DNA of 63,603 bases, counting the filler, from Dirinaria sp. TL-2023a (taxonomy: Eukaryota): the NCBI GenBank assembly GCA_051941275.1. It is 25 parts of 25 records of this genome, joined end to end, with 100 filler letters (N's around TTAATTAATTAA, not from the genome) between each part and the next. Parts side by side here need not be neighbours in the genome. Positions count along the whole stretch, not along the records: positions 23,311 to 25,771 come from JAVEBF010002279.1; positions 25,872 to 28,332 come from JAVEBF010002280.1; positions 28,433 to 30,881 come from JAVEBF010002281.1; positions 30,982 to 33,428 come from JAVEBF010002282.1; positions 33,529 to 35,975 come from JAVEBF010002283.1; 20 more parts are not named here. The stretch is one strand, 5' to 3'. Positions 23,820-36,075 of this stretch are shown piece by piece; positions within the stretch are counted from its first letter, which is position 1; every line of letters begins with the position of its first letter. Under the pieces are notes generated by a model. That model ran no database searches. It saw only the letters and a program-made list of their open reading frames with translations, and was not told the DNA's origin. Made by a program: the position numbers and the translations under genes.

Positions 23820-24580
23820 GGTAGGTGTTCAAGGTAGAGATCGGAGAATGAGGGGCAGAGCAACAGCATGGACGTCGGCATTATTTATGTGGTCGCCTGG
23901 GCGTCGCGATAATGGTCCATTTTTTCCTGCTTTGCTGCCAGATGGAGTCCCGACACAATCGCCCTACGCTTCTGTTGTATTTTCTACTACCGTAACAGGC
24001 TCTAACGACTTTCGATATCGCTAAAGTTAAGGTCCGACTGCAGAACTTTGATTACGTGCAGATGAATCAGCGGCGCAACGGCCCGGGATTTTCAATTCCG
24101 CTTGGCTTTCGTCATTGTCATAATATTTAATTGATGGATGATCAGCGGCTGACTAAGACTTTTCTCATTACTTCATTCTCTCGCAACAAGCACTTGGGAA
24201 CGGACACAAGCCGGGCACAAGGCACGGGAATTTCCGACCGATTTACTTCAGCAAAAACAATCTCGGAAATATTTAACTGGATGGTCTTCGGTCGGCAGGG
24301 ATGTGCTGTGGATGGAGGGACGTTCCATCTCAAGTCAATGACGTCCCTGGGACTGTCGGAATGATTCCGCATCCATCATGTCTCCCAAAGGGTACTGTAT
24401 AAGGTAAGGTATACCTCTACATGTATAATGAATAATGGCATGCAGCTCGGCCTTTGCACGAGCTTTCTGATTCCGCAGCCGGGGGATCGCGCTCGTACAT
24501 AAAAGGCCACTGTTCGGCTCGCTAGTCCTTGCACAGACTCATTGGCAGACATTTGAGTATCAGCCCAGTCTTAGATAATC

Positions 24581-25771
24581 ATGATGGCCTCCAATTCTCA
24601 ATCTGCTCGAGGGATAGATCTCCCTGACGAACGAATAGAAATGCAATCCCAAAGTTCGTCCAGAGGACCCGACGAGCAAGAATTATCACGGCCTCTCACC
24701 AACCTCACCACTCCCCTCGATGAGACTCCACGCATGAGCCTCTCCCATGAGGTGGTTTTCGTAGCCACCATCAGTTCCGCACAGCTCCTCACCCAGGCAT
24801 GCCTGGCCCAGTCCATTGTTCCTCTTCATATAATAGGCGCCAGCTTCGGGGTGTCTAATCCTGCCTACCTCAGTTGGATGCCAGCAGCATATAGTTTGGC
24901 TGTCGGAACATTCATCCTACCCTCTGGCCGCTTGGGCGACGTCTTTGGGCATCGCAGGATCTTCAGTATCGGGTACCTCTGGCTGGCTCTCTGGTCACTG
25001 ATTGCTGGCTTCAGTGTCTACTCGGGCGAGATCCTCTTTGATGTGTGCAGAGGTTTCCAAGGCATCGGCCCTGCGCTCTTGCTTCCGAATGCGCTTGCGA
25101 TCCTTGGACGCACGTATCCGCCTGGGGGGAGGAAGGACATGGTTTTCAGTATTTTTGGATCGACTGCCCCTGGTGGCTTTCTCATCGGTGCGCTGTTTTC
25201 GGGACTCTTCGGCCAATTGGCTTGGTGGCCCTGGGCCTACTTTACGACCGCCATCGCAACGGCATGTTTGGCTGGTATAGCATTCCTTGTCATCCCGCCA
25301 GCTCCGCTTGAGAAAGAGAGATCAGAAGAGAAGGCTTCGCTCTTCCAGCGCCTTGATATCTTAGGCACGCTCACAGGAGTCGCTGGCCTAATTCTCGTCA
25401 ACTTTGCCTGGAATCAAGGCCCGATTGTCGGTTGGCCCACTGTATACATATATGTTCTACTTATTGTCGGGTTTTTGTTCATCGTTGTGTTCTTCTGGAT
25501 TCAAAGCCGTGCCTTGTTTCCACTATTACCTTTGTACTCCATGTCACGAGAGACTGGATTCGTCCTTGGCTGTGTTGCAGCTGGCTGGTCTGCGTTTGGA
25601 GTCTGGCTGTACTACCTCTGGCAGTTTATAGAAGTTCTACGGCAGGACACTCCCTTGCAAGGCACGGCGTACTTTGTCCCTGTTGCAATATCTGGTCTAT
25701 GCGCTGCATTGGCTACTGGAAAATTACTTAGTATAATCAGTCCGGGTTTCGTTATGCTGACATCGATGACG
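24581..25771 (+). CDS. MFS drug:H+ antiporter (Atr1-like), 3'-truncated
   Basis: Multiple hydrophobic helices, MFS motif A GRLGDVFGHRR, RGFQGIGPALLLPNA and WWPWAY. Confidence 0.9.
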
Positions 25772-26312
25772 NNNNNNNNNNNNNNNNNNNNNNNNNNNNN
25801 NNNNNNNNNNNNNNNTTAATTAATTAANNNNNNNNNNNNNNNNNNNNNNNNNNNNNNNNNNNNNNNNNNNNTCGAGCCTTCCTCAACCACCACGCCTGGT
25901 CAACTCTCGACTGAGGATTTGATTTATCCAAAGCTAGAATACTACCATGTGTCCCATGACGGCTTTCATGCTCCCGCAAGGACCATTGACGAAGCTGCAA
26001 GGCATGAGCCCCAATTCTGGCCATTCTCACCAATCTCAGCTCTTTGTACTCGTACGCGTAATGCTGCACGCCTTTCTGTTGCGATGTATGGCATCCATGG
26101 TCATCATTCATCTCAATGATCTAGTAGGTTTACAGATTTGGCATTCAATCAATTGATTCCATTGTACATTGTTGTCTCGAATTGCTCAGGAACCTGCCAC
26201 CGCCTTTCGAATATCACTTCGCCCGCGCGCAATATCACGACAAATCTCACTACGCCAGCTCAAGACCATTGGGGACTAGCACCTCGGCCGAGTTTGTTCG
26301 TCCTCAGATCGT

Positions 26313-26904
26313 CTAGACCTTCTTGGTATGATCCTCCTCGTCCACGCTTACAGCGCTGGTGCTGTCCGTGCTGTCGGTCTTGTCAAGACTCATGGTCTCC
26401 GATTCGACATCGGCCTTGGCCCCATGGTATTCCTCCTCAAAGACAACTTCCGGTTCGACAGTCTCGAACTTGGTCTTGAAATCGTTAATAGCGTGACCGT
26501 GGGTGCTGCTATTGGAGCGACGACGGGCGTTGGTGAAGGTGTAGCCGTAGTCTTCTTGCTCTTCACCGGGACGGCCCCTAGACAATTGTTCAGCCTCTGA
26601 CTCGTGCAGATGATCGGGGTCTCGCACCAATTGCTCTTGCCGCTGCCTTCCTTCTTGACTTTCTTGGGGTCGGAATCGACATGGCCAGACTTGGCGAAGT
26701 AGCGAGGGAGATGCTCCTCGGCGGCAGCAGTGCCGTCCGCGAGTCCGACGTGATCGCGATCGTTGAACTTGTGGGAGCGGGTCACTGAGTGGGCGGGGGA
26801 TTAGCTTATTCTTTGTCACATGAGGGACGACGCTGCGGATGAGCAAAGCGGGTGTGGTGGATATGACACAGCAGCATCAAGGGAAGGACGGAGGAGTGCT
26901 CACT
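26313..26904 (-). CDS. STF2/TMA10-like (ATPase-stabilising factor family) small protein
   Basis: MTRSHKFNDRDH...LPRYFAKSGHVDSDPKKVKKEGSGKSNWG.PGEE...RRRSNS. Two introns; the first (26785-26903) splits the ATG. Confidence 0.8.
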
Positions 26905-28187
26905 AGTGAATGCTTGGTTGGTAGATGAGTAGTTGGGATTGTGTGATCGTATGGGTGGTTTTCGGGTAGTTGGATGGATGGAAGGTTTGTCTGCGATGTG
27001 GTTGAAGGTGTCAGTCAGCATTGAACAAGGGAGGCGCTTGGGCCCCAGTGACGACAGAATAGAACATGCCCCCTCGGCTCCATTTTGCACTCTACATGGG
27101 GCAGCAATACGGTAGGGTTGATTCATACCAATAATGACTCACGGCTGAGACAGTATCACGGTGATAGAGGATGGAGATCCACTGGATCAATTGAGGGCAG
27201 GTCACTGTTCATCCAAAGGCGATACGATCTGGTACAGTCAAGAGGTGGAAATAAACAACAGCCGGCCTGAATGAAACCTACACCTTAAAGGCTTGAGGCA
27301 CAATCAGGTATAGTACGCTAAGGTCAGACTGGTCAGTGGTCACCACTGGAGCCCCTCGAACCCGCTCGGCGCTCCGGCTTCAGCTCACGCGACTTGCCTG
27401 ACGAGCCCGGTCAAGACCAATACCCCAGAATTCGCTAACCTCTAGGCGCTTTTAGTGCGGGGGATCGCTCATGCAGCCCGAACCTAAACTTGTTGGAGGG
27501 GAAGACTACTGAGGAGTGCCTTCCGCGAGGTCCTTAACCGAATCCAGCAAATGCTTTCTACAGAGGTAGGTCTTATCAATACCACGGATCCATTTCTTCA
27601 GCATCAGGATATGCATGCTTGAGGATAAGCCTATACAGCACATAGAATCTCACAGTAGAGAATAATTTACGTAGAGAACTGCAGGCATGGGCGCAAACTT
27701 CACTACTATCCAACATTTTCTTTCGTTTCCGGATTGACTAGACATTGAGATTGACAAGGTGAATGAATATGCGAGTCCTACTTGGTCAAACGGTTGCGAG
27801 TGAAGCCAGCAAGTAAAGGCTGTTCACCAGCCATTGATACGTTTGCAATTTGCCCTTTCCATCCACATTTTATAGAATTAAGGGAGTGTATATGAGGCGA
27901 AACTTCTTTGTCGGTTTTATGTTCGACCGATACCTACTCGGATATACTTTATACCGATCCGTCGATGCACTGTAAAGGATCATTTCACTTTGAATGACAC
28001 GCTAAAAGTGGTGAAGAGCGACGGGAGGCCTTATAAATGCTATCAAACACTGCTTGTCAATTCTCTATCCCACAGCACCTATCCCCATACCTTCTCTTCT
28101 GCCAATTTCCACCGCTACAAGCTCTCTGTTGAAGCGTCGACTATCTCAATTCTTACTCTACAATTTCTACAGTCTTCTCCTTTCATC

Positions 28188-28332
28188 ATGGCACCAGCTG
28201 TCACTATTGACACCACTGCTTCAGACTTCATGTCTCCAGCGACCAAATCCGCTCCAACGCCACGCACCCTCCTCTTGTCACCACCATCCTTATCCTCCCA
28301 CCCCGAGCGTCTGGAGGAGGTCCGTGCAGCTC
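28188..28332 (+). CDS. DRE2: Fe-S cluster assembly protein Dre2, N-terminus only
   Basis: MAPAVTIDTT.DF...RTLLLSPPSLSSHPERL matches the N-terminus of Pezizomycotina Dre2 as I recall it. Confidence 0.65.
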
Positions 28333-29514
28333 NNNNNNNNNNNNNNNNNNNNNNNNNNNNNNNNNNNNNNNNNNNNTTAATTAATTAANNNNNNNNNNNN
28401 NNNNNNNNNNNNNNNNNNNNNNNNNNNNNNNNGGATTTGTGGGTGGTGGTTGATTGATTGATGAGAGAGAGAAAGAAAAGAGGGAAAATTTTTTGCAGGA
28501 AAAATTTCTAAGGTTATATGAACCTACGAGCTGCCTGCTTTTCTATTTGCTTTCTGAAGTCAAGATAAGCAACGTACATATACCGTCTTCTTCGCGAAAA
28601 ATAATACACATTTGGGCAGGCAATAACTGGATGTGGATACATTGAGGTAGTCCTATTATGGGGGTTTCTTTGTGGATGCTGTTCGATTGTAAAGTAAAAG
28701 TAGAAGTAAGTATATTTTAATTAAGGAAGGTATCAGCTTGAGCTACTCGTAAATGGGATTCACGCTCGTTGGACGATTGTAGGAAATGGTGATATGTTCG
28801 AGGTTCGCATAAGAGGTTGTTTGTTCCAGTCCACCCCCTTTGGAGTTCGAAGGTTTAGGTATAGAGAGCTTGGGCAGGTTGGTTATGTAAATTAGTAAGG
28901 CAGAGGTAGAAGATAAAGGGGTCCCGTTTTTGTTAGTGTGAATTAACGCGGATTTTGATGGTGTGGATGTAATGCGGTTGCCTTATTATATGAATTCTAG
29001 TATTATTTCCACCCATGCGTTGTATGCAACCAGGCTTCAAAGAGCCTGATGAGGTTCGTGTTGATTCTGATCGGTTTAAGGGCGAAGAAGGGTAGGGCTT
29101 GCAAAGGTGGTTTGCGGTGAAGAGAGGGCTGGTGAAGAGATAGTAGTTGCCACGACTCCCTTTTTGTGGTAGCCGGATATCACGAATGGCCATTGTATGT
29201 GATGGATTGTCATTTTCGCGAACGCTGTATTTGGAGGAGAAACCTTCCTGTCTCCCATATCATACCATGTAGGTGGTCTTTGATGTCGGTTAACGGGGAG
29301 AAAGCTCTTCTCAGCTAATAACCGAAGTGGGAGATAAGAAAGTGAATACGAAAGCACACACGGCATATCTTGGGGTACGGAGAATTGAAAATTTGCAAGA
29401 GATGATTATATCTGAGATATATTGCGGAAAACGCATCGCGTCGCTGTACATGGTAGTGCAAACAGTAGTAGTACGGCCCTCCAAAAAAAGTTGCCTCGAT
29501 CAAAGTCGCAACAC

Positions 29515-30294
29515 TCACAGTGCCCACATAGCCATGAACAAACCGGCGCAAGCCATCCCACCAAACCAGACCCCGCTGACTCCTCGCTCAGCACCGCTCG
29601 CTGGCTGGCTCTGGGGAGTCGGTGAGCTTCCTGAAGCAGGTTTTCTGGTGGATTGGGCAGTCTGAGTCGCCGCAGCGCGTTTGGTCGTCGAGGGTGCCTC
29701 TTTCGTGCCGGCTGCTCCCTTGGTAGTCGTCGGTACAACCACGGCAGGCACTTTGCCTGTCGCCGTGCTCAAAAGGTTATCGGCCGAGCTCAAGATATCC
29801 TGTGCCGAGCCCAACGCGCTCTTCACGCTCCCTGTCGCACTGGCGATTTCCGATGCCAGAAAGGATGAATAAGCATTATCGAAGCTGCTGAGCGTGTTTG
29901 AATCGAACGTGTCGAAATTAGGGGTGGAGAAGCTCAACGCCTCCGACGATAGGGCACTCAAACCGGAGATCGTCGGGATGGAGAGCGTCGGGACTGAGAG
30001 ATCACCGGGGAAAGTCATGGTGCCGCCGCCTCCGGAGCATGATTCACCAGTGGGACAGCAGCCTCCAGGAACGCAGTCACTGCCGACAGGACAGCCGGCG
30101 CCGTCGGAGCAGCATTGGTAACCTGACGGGATGCAGTCGCCAGAGGGACAGACGGAGCCGAGGCAGCTTTCGTCGCCGGATTGCCGGATTTGGAGGGGGT
30201 TTCTTCGGACGAGTGCGCGTGGAGAGGGGGAGGTGGAGGCAGAGGTGAATGCTTGGAGAGAGAGAAGTGAGAAGAGCAGTGATTGGGTGAACAT
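29515..30294 (-). CDS. GPI-anchored cell-surface protein with Cys-rich N-terminal module and S/T-rich stalk
   Basis: Signal peptide, CLGSVC..GDC....QCC..GAGC....DC..GGCC....SC, S/T-rich region and hydrophobic C-terminal GPI-type signal. Confidence 0.85.
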   Translation of the reverse strand: MFTQSLLFSLLSLQAFTSASTSPSPRALVRRNPLQIRQSGDESCLGSVCPSGDCIPSGYQCCSDGAGCPVGSDCVPGGCCPTGESCSGGGGTMTFPGDLSVPTLSIPTISGLSALSSEALSFSTPNFDTFDSNTLSSFDNAYSSFLASEIASATGSVKSALGSAQDILSSADNLLSTATGKVPAVVVPTTTKGAAGTKEAPSTTKRAAATQTAQSTRKPASGSSPTPQSQPASGAERGVSGVWFGGMACAGLFMAMWAL

Positions 30295-32539
30295 CTTGTG
30301 TGATTCACGCTTGCTTTCTGGATTTACGGTTTCGCAAGCGTCCCGCTGTTGCTCGATGAAAGGCTTTCACGACTCGTCAATTCTGAGCGAGCAGTGGTGA
30401 ATAATAGACCTATATACATTATTGAGGAGTTAAGGCTGCGCCGCAGCCTCAAGAAGCTGAAATGAAGATGATCAAGCCAAGCAGCACTTGACCAGCAGTG
30501 AGTACAATAGACTTCTTTCCGCCCTTTGCGCCATTGGATACAAAGTGAAATGAAGCCTTGGCGACAAACTCACGCCATATGCGAAATCGTGTACTTGCCT
30601 GTACTTGCCCAATAACCAAGTCGCCAAGCGGGCTGGTGGACGACCGGACTGGGTGGACTTCGCTAGGGCGCCTGATTCTTTAGTAGTCCTTGAAAAGGGT
30701 CCAAAGTCGCGTGGTTCCTTGCCTTGTTCGCTTCTTATTTCTGTATACGGTAACCGTGGGCCCCTCACTAGAAGTCAATCTAGATAGGCACAGGGTAAAT
30801 TCTAGTAGTGGGTGACCTACAGGCTACGGCAAGCCTGGGCCCGAAAGTCGGAGCGTTTCCATGCTCTGAAACGCTCTGGCTNNNNNNNNNNNNNNNNNNN
30901 NNNNNNNNNNNNNNNNNNNNNNNNNTTAATTAATTAANNNNNNNNNNNNNNNNNNNNNNNNNNNNNNNNNNNNNNNNNNNNTTGGAGTTTTATGTAGTAT
31001 AACTGAGCGTCGTGGAGATGTCGAAGAGTCGGTGAAAGAGTTCAGAATAGTCGAGAATTTCGTCGCACTCCTTAAGCAGCCGATTTTCGAGATACTTGTG
31101 TCGGCTGCAAAGTTCGTAACCATTCAATGTGAGGAAAACTGTTCATAATCTAAGTCCCTTTTTTTCTTTCTTCTTTAATTTATCCGTCGTCCAACAGAAG
31201 TTCCTCGACAGAGATCGCAACATGTCGGACTAGCGTTCGGTATTGTTAATACTAATCAAAGGTAATAGTGAGGTTTAGGAAACAAAATAGAGCAAAGAAC
31301 GACTGAGAATGATGACCTTGTTGGCTGGCGATATTGTTTCATAATAGCCAAAGAGGATCTTAAAATTTAGAGATTTGGTCGAGTACAGAGCGTCTGGAAA
31401 TAATGACTCCGTTGGCTTACATGAACCACGTTCAGAATCTGTGAAACCGGTCACATGCTGAGTGGGAACCTGTCTCAATCTTTTCTTATCGCTCTTCTCT
31501 TCCTTTGAGCTCGATACTGATACACTCGCGTGTGATCGACCTTGGGGAGTATCCGTTCAACGCATGAACTCGTTTCGAGCGGATATGAGTGCATAATTCA
31601 TCGCTCTGATATCCTCGAACTCGTCGGGCGCTTGCTTACGTCAGTCGTATGACTCTTGCGATTGATTCATGAACAGCTCGAGATCTTCCTCTTCCGTAGG
31701 TCCTCTGTCTCTTATTTTTGCTTGCTATGACCGAATTGACTTTGAGTGAGCTGTTGAGGGTTCAGCATCGAGAGAGCGCGGTCTCATGTGAAACGCAGAT
31801 CGAGACGACGATTTTCAATATTGATGCCTCTTGAACTGATCGCTCTTTGAATGTGCTTAACCTAGCTTCACTGGAAATCGGAGGCTGAAAGACATAGATT
31901 GTACAATATGATCGACTCTATGCGTGTGTGAGTTATATTCGCTCTTGGCCGTGTCAGTCGTAAGGCTCTTGTTTTTGCTTGAGGTCTTCTGCTTATTTGA
32001 TAAGAGCTCTTTGTTTCCTTTTCTCATACTCTGATGATCGACTTCGATTCCGGATTGTCGGGCGTTTAGGACGAGGATAGCGGGATCTTTTACGCGACGC
32101 AGATCAAGGGAGTAGATGCTTGTGTTGCTCTTTGTTCTTGAATTGAGAAGTCTTTGAACCTCCGACTCTTTTCTCCTTTCTCTTACGCTCGAGGTATTTG
32201 TCTTCCCTCCACCTAGGTTCATTTGTCTGACTATCGTGTGTGATTTATTGTATACTTTTTTCTTTTTCTTTTTTTTTCTTTTATTTTCTTTTATTTTATT
32301 TTTTCTCTCTTCTTCTTTCTTTTCTTTTCTCTCTTTTAATCGAGCTACTTGATCTTGACCATCTATATGTCCTTTGGACCCTGCTTGGAACTACCTTCCA
32401 CTCTTCCAACTTCTTCACTCCTCTCCTCCTTTGTAGCTCCGAACTCAAAAAAGATGCCAGCTATGTGGTTCAGCGCCATCACACCCACGCTAGAGTCGCC
32501 ATAATGTCTGTGTGTGGGCCGAAGAACTTCGTAGAAAAT

Positions 32540-33300
32540 CCCGCCAAGACCAGGAATCCTGCAAAGCCATGAGAATACGCGTGTCGAACCTTCTATTCAT
32601 CAGCCTTCAGACTCGGACTCTGTTATTTCAAAGTTACTTACCTTCAGTTCATTGTTCCTCAATCATCAGACATGTGCGTGATGTTTCTGCCGACATCCTT
32701 GAACGTTGCTTCTGCTTGGTTGATCCTGTTGGTGGTATCTTCGTCGTCAAGAACATGATAAGTTTCTGTTGCGACTTTGATAGCGGCGAAACGCTTGTTC
32801 TGTACACAATCGAATAATAGACTGAGATAAACTATCAGGATCGAATTCTGAATTGTTGGACAACGAAGAATAGTTGTTGACATTCATCTCGATTTAATAT
32901 GTAACTTTCAGCCATAAGTGATCTTTTGCTTAGGCAAAGCAGTCAAGCCAGTACGAAGCACGGATTGGAAAAGAGATTTGGCGCTCGTAGATGCAGGAGT
33001 TTATCATGAGCGAAAGGTTATAAGCGAATAGGTATTTAGTATACTTCGGGAAAGGTATCTGGATGACGACTTTGGAAGAACGCTTGTGACGAATATAATC
33101 GAAGAGTTGGGAATGAGTTTTTTTGTAGGTAGATTTTGAATCCTCTGCTTTATGAACCGTAGTGGTCGTGGACCTTCGCATTCGGAATCCTGTTAAAGTT
33201 AGTGTTCACAAAATCCAATATCGGGACTGGCAGCAACTCACCCTTGTGCAGATTGTCCGCTGGTAGATCTTGACAAGTAGGTCTGGTCTCCGAGCACATT
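32540..33300 (-). pseudogene. Possible decayed SRPK/CMGC-like kinase N-lobe fragments
   Basis: Fragments KGELLPVPILDF (cf. GG.HPV...D), DCVQNKRFAAIKVAT (VAIK motif) and RHA/ILMAL occur in order, but with stops and frameshifts. Confidence 0.3.
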
Positions 33301-34856
33301 ATGAGAGGGATGGACTTAGTGTCGGAGCTGGATGGAAGAAGTTTGGGGTGGTGGCGGATGTTGATCGCTGCGGTGGTGGTGAGCCCTGCGGATGGGCGCA
33401 TGATTGCGAGGACTTTACTCCCTGATACNNNNNNNNNNNNNNNNNNNNNNNNNNNNNNNNNNNNNNNNNNNNTTAATTAATTAANNNNNNNNNNNNNNNN
33501 NNNNNNNNNNNNNNNNNNNNNNNNNNNNAGAAGAAAAGAGAAGAAAAAAAAGAGGGAAATTGATACTGTGGTTTTAATGACGTCACCGCTGTCTAATCGC
33601 AGCCAAGGAGCTCAGAGGCATTGGGTTGTGGTATCATCCTTCCAATATTTGCACCCAAAAATGTGGACAGGCAGACCGTCAATATAATGTCCGCACAAAG
33701 ACTTACTCCTGTTTGCAGAAGTTCTTCTTCGAAACACTCCTGGCTTCTACGTATAGATGTGAGTAGATTTTTGGTCTTTTTGGGTTAGATGACTTGTACT
33801 TAGTCTGGTGAAGTAAGTGACTTCTCGATTCAATGACTGTTGAGATTGAGGTTTTGAGATCGAGGTTGGAGTTGAGAAGGAAAAACGTAACTTTCTAATA
33901 GATTTGCACTCCACAAAGAATTATGTCTGGAGGCGTCCAGACATTGCATTCAGGTAACATCTATCCAATCCACCCTTTTCGAATAACTACTTCACATGCC
34001 ACCTTTTTACCAATCTTCTCAGCCGCCTCCCCAAAAAGAGGGAGGTACGCTTTCAAAGAGAGGATCAGCCTCTTCCGCATGCTGGGCGATCGATGGCTGA
34101 ACGAGGACATTACCGGCATACAGAACACAAACCAGTAAAGTGAAAAACATCAGCGATCGATCGATCGAAACTCCATCCCTCTACCCTTTCTCCGTGCCCT
34201 GAGGGAGTGGGGGTTTGGACATCAATATCTGCGATCTGATCGTTCTCGACACCTCTGATTGCTTAGAAGTCCTGTCTGGCTGTAGTGCAACGAATAGAAG
34301 GCGAACATTCCTCATGCATGAAAGAAAAAAAAAAAAAAACCACAAATCGGCCCATCTTTGACGTGCTTGCTTGCTGCCACCTCTCTTCTTTCACGCCTCA
34401 GCTACATTTAACCTTTTCGACAAGTCACGAAAAGAAACACTGAGCCGGTTTTCTCCTCCGACCACTGCGGGATGTCGTCGGAACCAGGCCACATCTTCAC
34501 CCGAAACCTGCGCGGTCAGCCGTATACACATAAAAGTATGCTTTGAAGATTAATGCCAATTGGCACCAAGCTCGCAGGACTCAGACGCAGCTGCGTTGTA
34601 CCGACGTCACAATGCAGGTTCTAACGACCATGCCGAAATCGAAGGAGGGGTAAGGGAGAAACTTCCAACAAGCAAGAATGGCCTGATGGAATGAGGAGGG
34701 CAAGTTCGAATGCTAAATACTCCAGACCACGCACATAAATATATGCCCCTCTTCCCAGGCGCAGCAGCCATCAAAATCCATACACACAATTCCCAAGGCA
34801 TACCTTCACCCCCAAGCATCATCATCATTAGTATTCCTTTTTTTCCCATAATCATC

Positions 34857-35538
34857 ATGCCTTCTCCCTACCCCAGCATCTATCAGGTCGAAGAGATGTT
34901 CGGCAACCGCGTCAGCGACCCGAGCCTCTTCCACACCTACTTCGCCAACAACTTCACCGTCACCGTCAACGGCACGGACTTCCACCTGAAGGGCCACCAC
35001 ACGGACACGGACACATTCCACAGTATCTACACCCGGATCGTCGACCACCTGAAAGTGGACACGCTCAAGGTCGAAGTCGTGCGCGTGATCGGCGGCGGGG
35101 AGTCGGCGTGGGCGACGGTGGTGACGAACGCCACGGCATTGACCAGGAGCGGTGAGTGAGGGTGACATGACATTTCAATGCTTTAGTAGAAAGAAAGGAA
35201 AGGAAAGGAAAGGAAAGGAAGTTGTGATTATCGTATATATCTTAAGCAGCTAGAAGAGAAGGGGGAAAGAGAACAAAGATGAGAGAATGTGATGAAAATC
35301 TATTTTTATGGAGAGCGAACTGGAGATAGATCAAGATGATTCGCGGAGAGAGATAAATCAAACTAACTACTCAAATTCTTTCTGAATCGCAGACAAACCC
35401 TTCCACCACGAATGGGTCGACCTGGTGCGCTTCGATTCGCACGGGAAAATCGTCCAGATGAAGGAGTACCTCGACACGGGACTCATCGGCCGACATCTGG
35501 ACGAGCACGAGGTTCGCGAGGAGGGGGGGAAGAAGTAA
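34857..35538 (+). CDS. SnoaL-like/NTF2-fold protein, 2 exons
   Basis: Exon 1 34857-35151, intron GTGAGT...CTAAC...CAG, exon 2 35393-35538 (D)KPFHHEWVDLVRFDSHGKIVQMKEYLDT. Confidence 0.85.
35190..35220 (+). repeat. (GGAAA)n microsatellite in intron
   Basis: Directly visible. Confidence 0.85.
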
Positions 35539-36075
35539 AGTGAGTGAGGAGGTTGGAAAAGGGTCGTTGCGATATTGAATCCGTCTTTTCCAAGACAGGT
35601 GGAAGTTTTTGATTCGATTATCAGCTTTGCGGGATGGGACTTTTTTTTTTTTAAGTATATAATAAGCAAAACGCACTTACCGTCCGTTTGTGGATAGCAT
35701 GATCAGTAACTAGTAAAAAATGAGATGAATGAAATTTTTTTTTCAATACTACTAACCCTCCTCCGTCCTCGGCTTAGTAAAGAATCCCCAGAAGTATGTG
35801 TGCTTCCATTACGAAGTAATGACACAACGAAAAAAAAAAATGCGTAGCATGGTGTTAAAGGAGAGCATGGCGCCGCCATGCCAGTCAGGGGCGGAGGACG
35901 CTTAAGAGTTAAAGTAGAGATCTTGCTTTGAAAATCCACTCTCATCAACTGCTCCTCGTATACTTTTATTTAAAGNNNNNNNNNNNNNNNNNNNNNNNNN
36001 NNNNNNNNNNNNNNNNNNNTTAATTAATTAANNNNNNNNNNNNNNNNNNNNNNNNNNNNNNNNNNNNNNNNNNNN

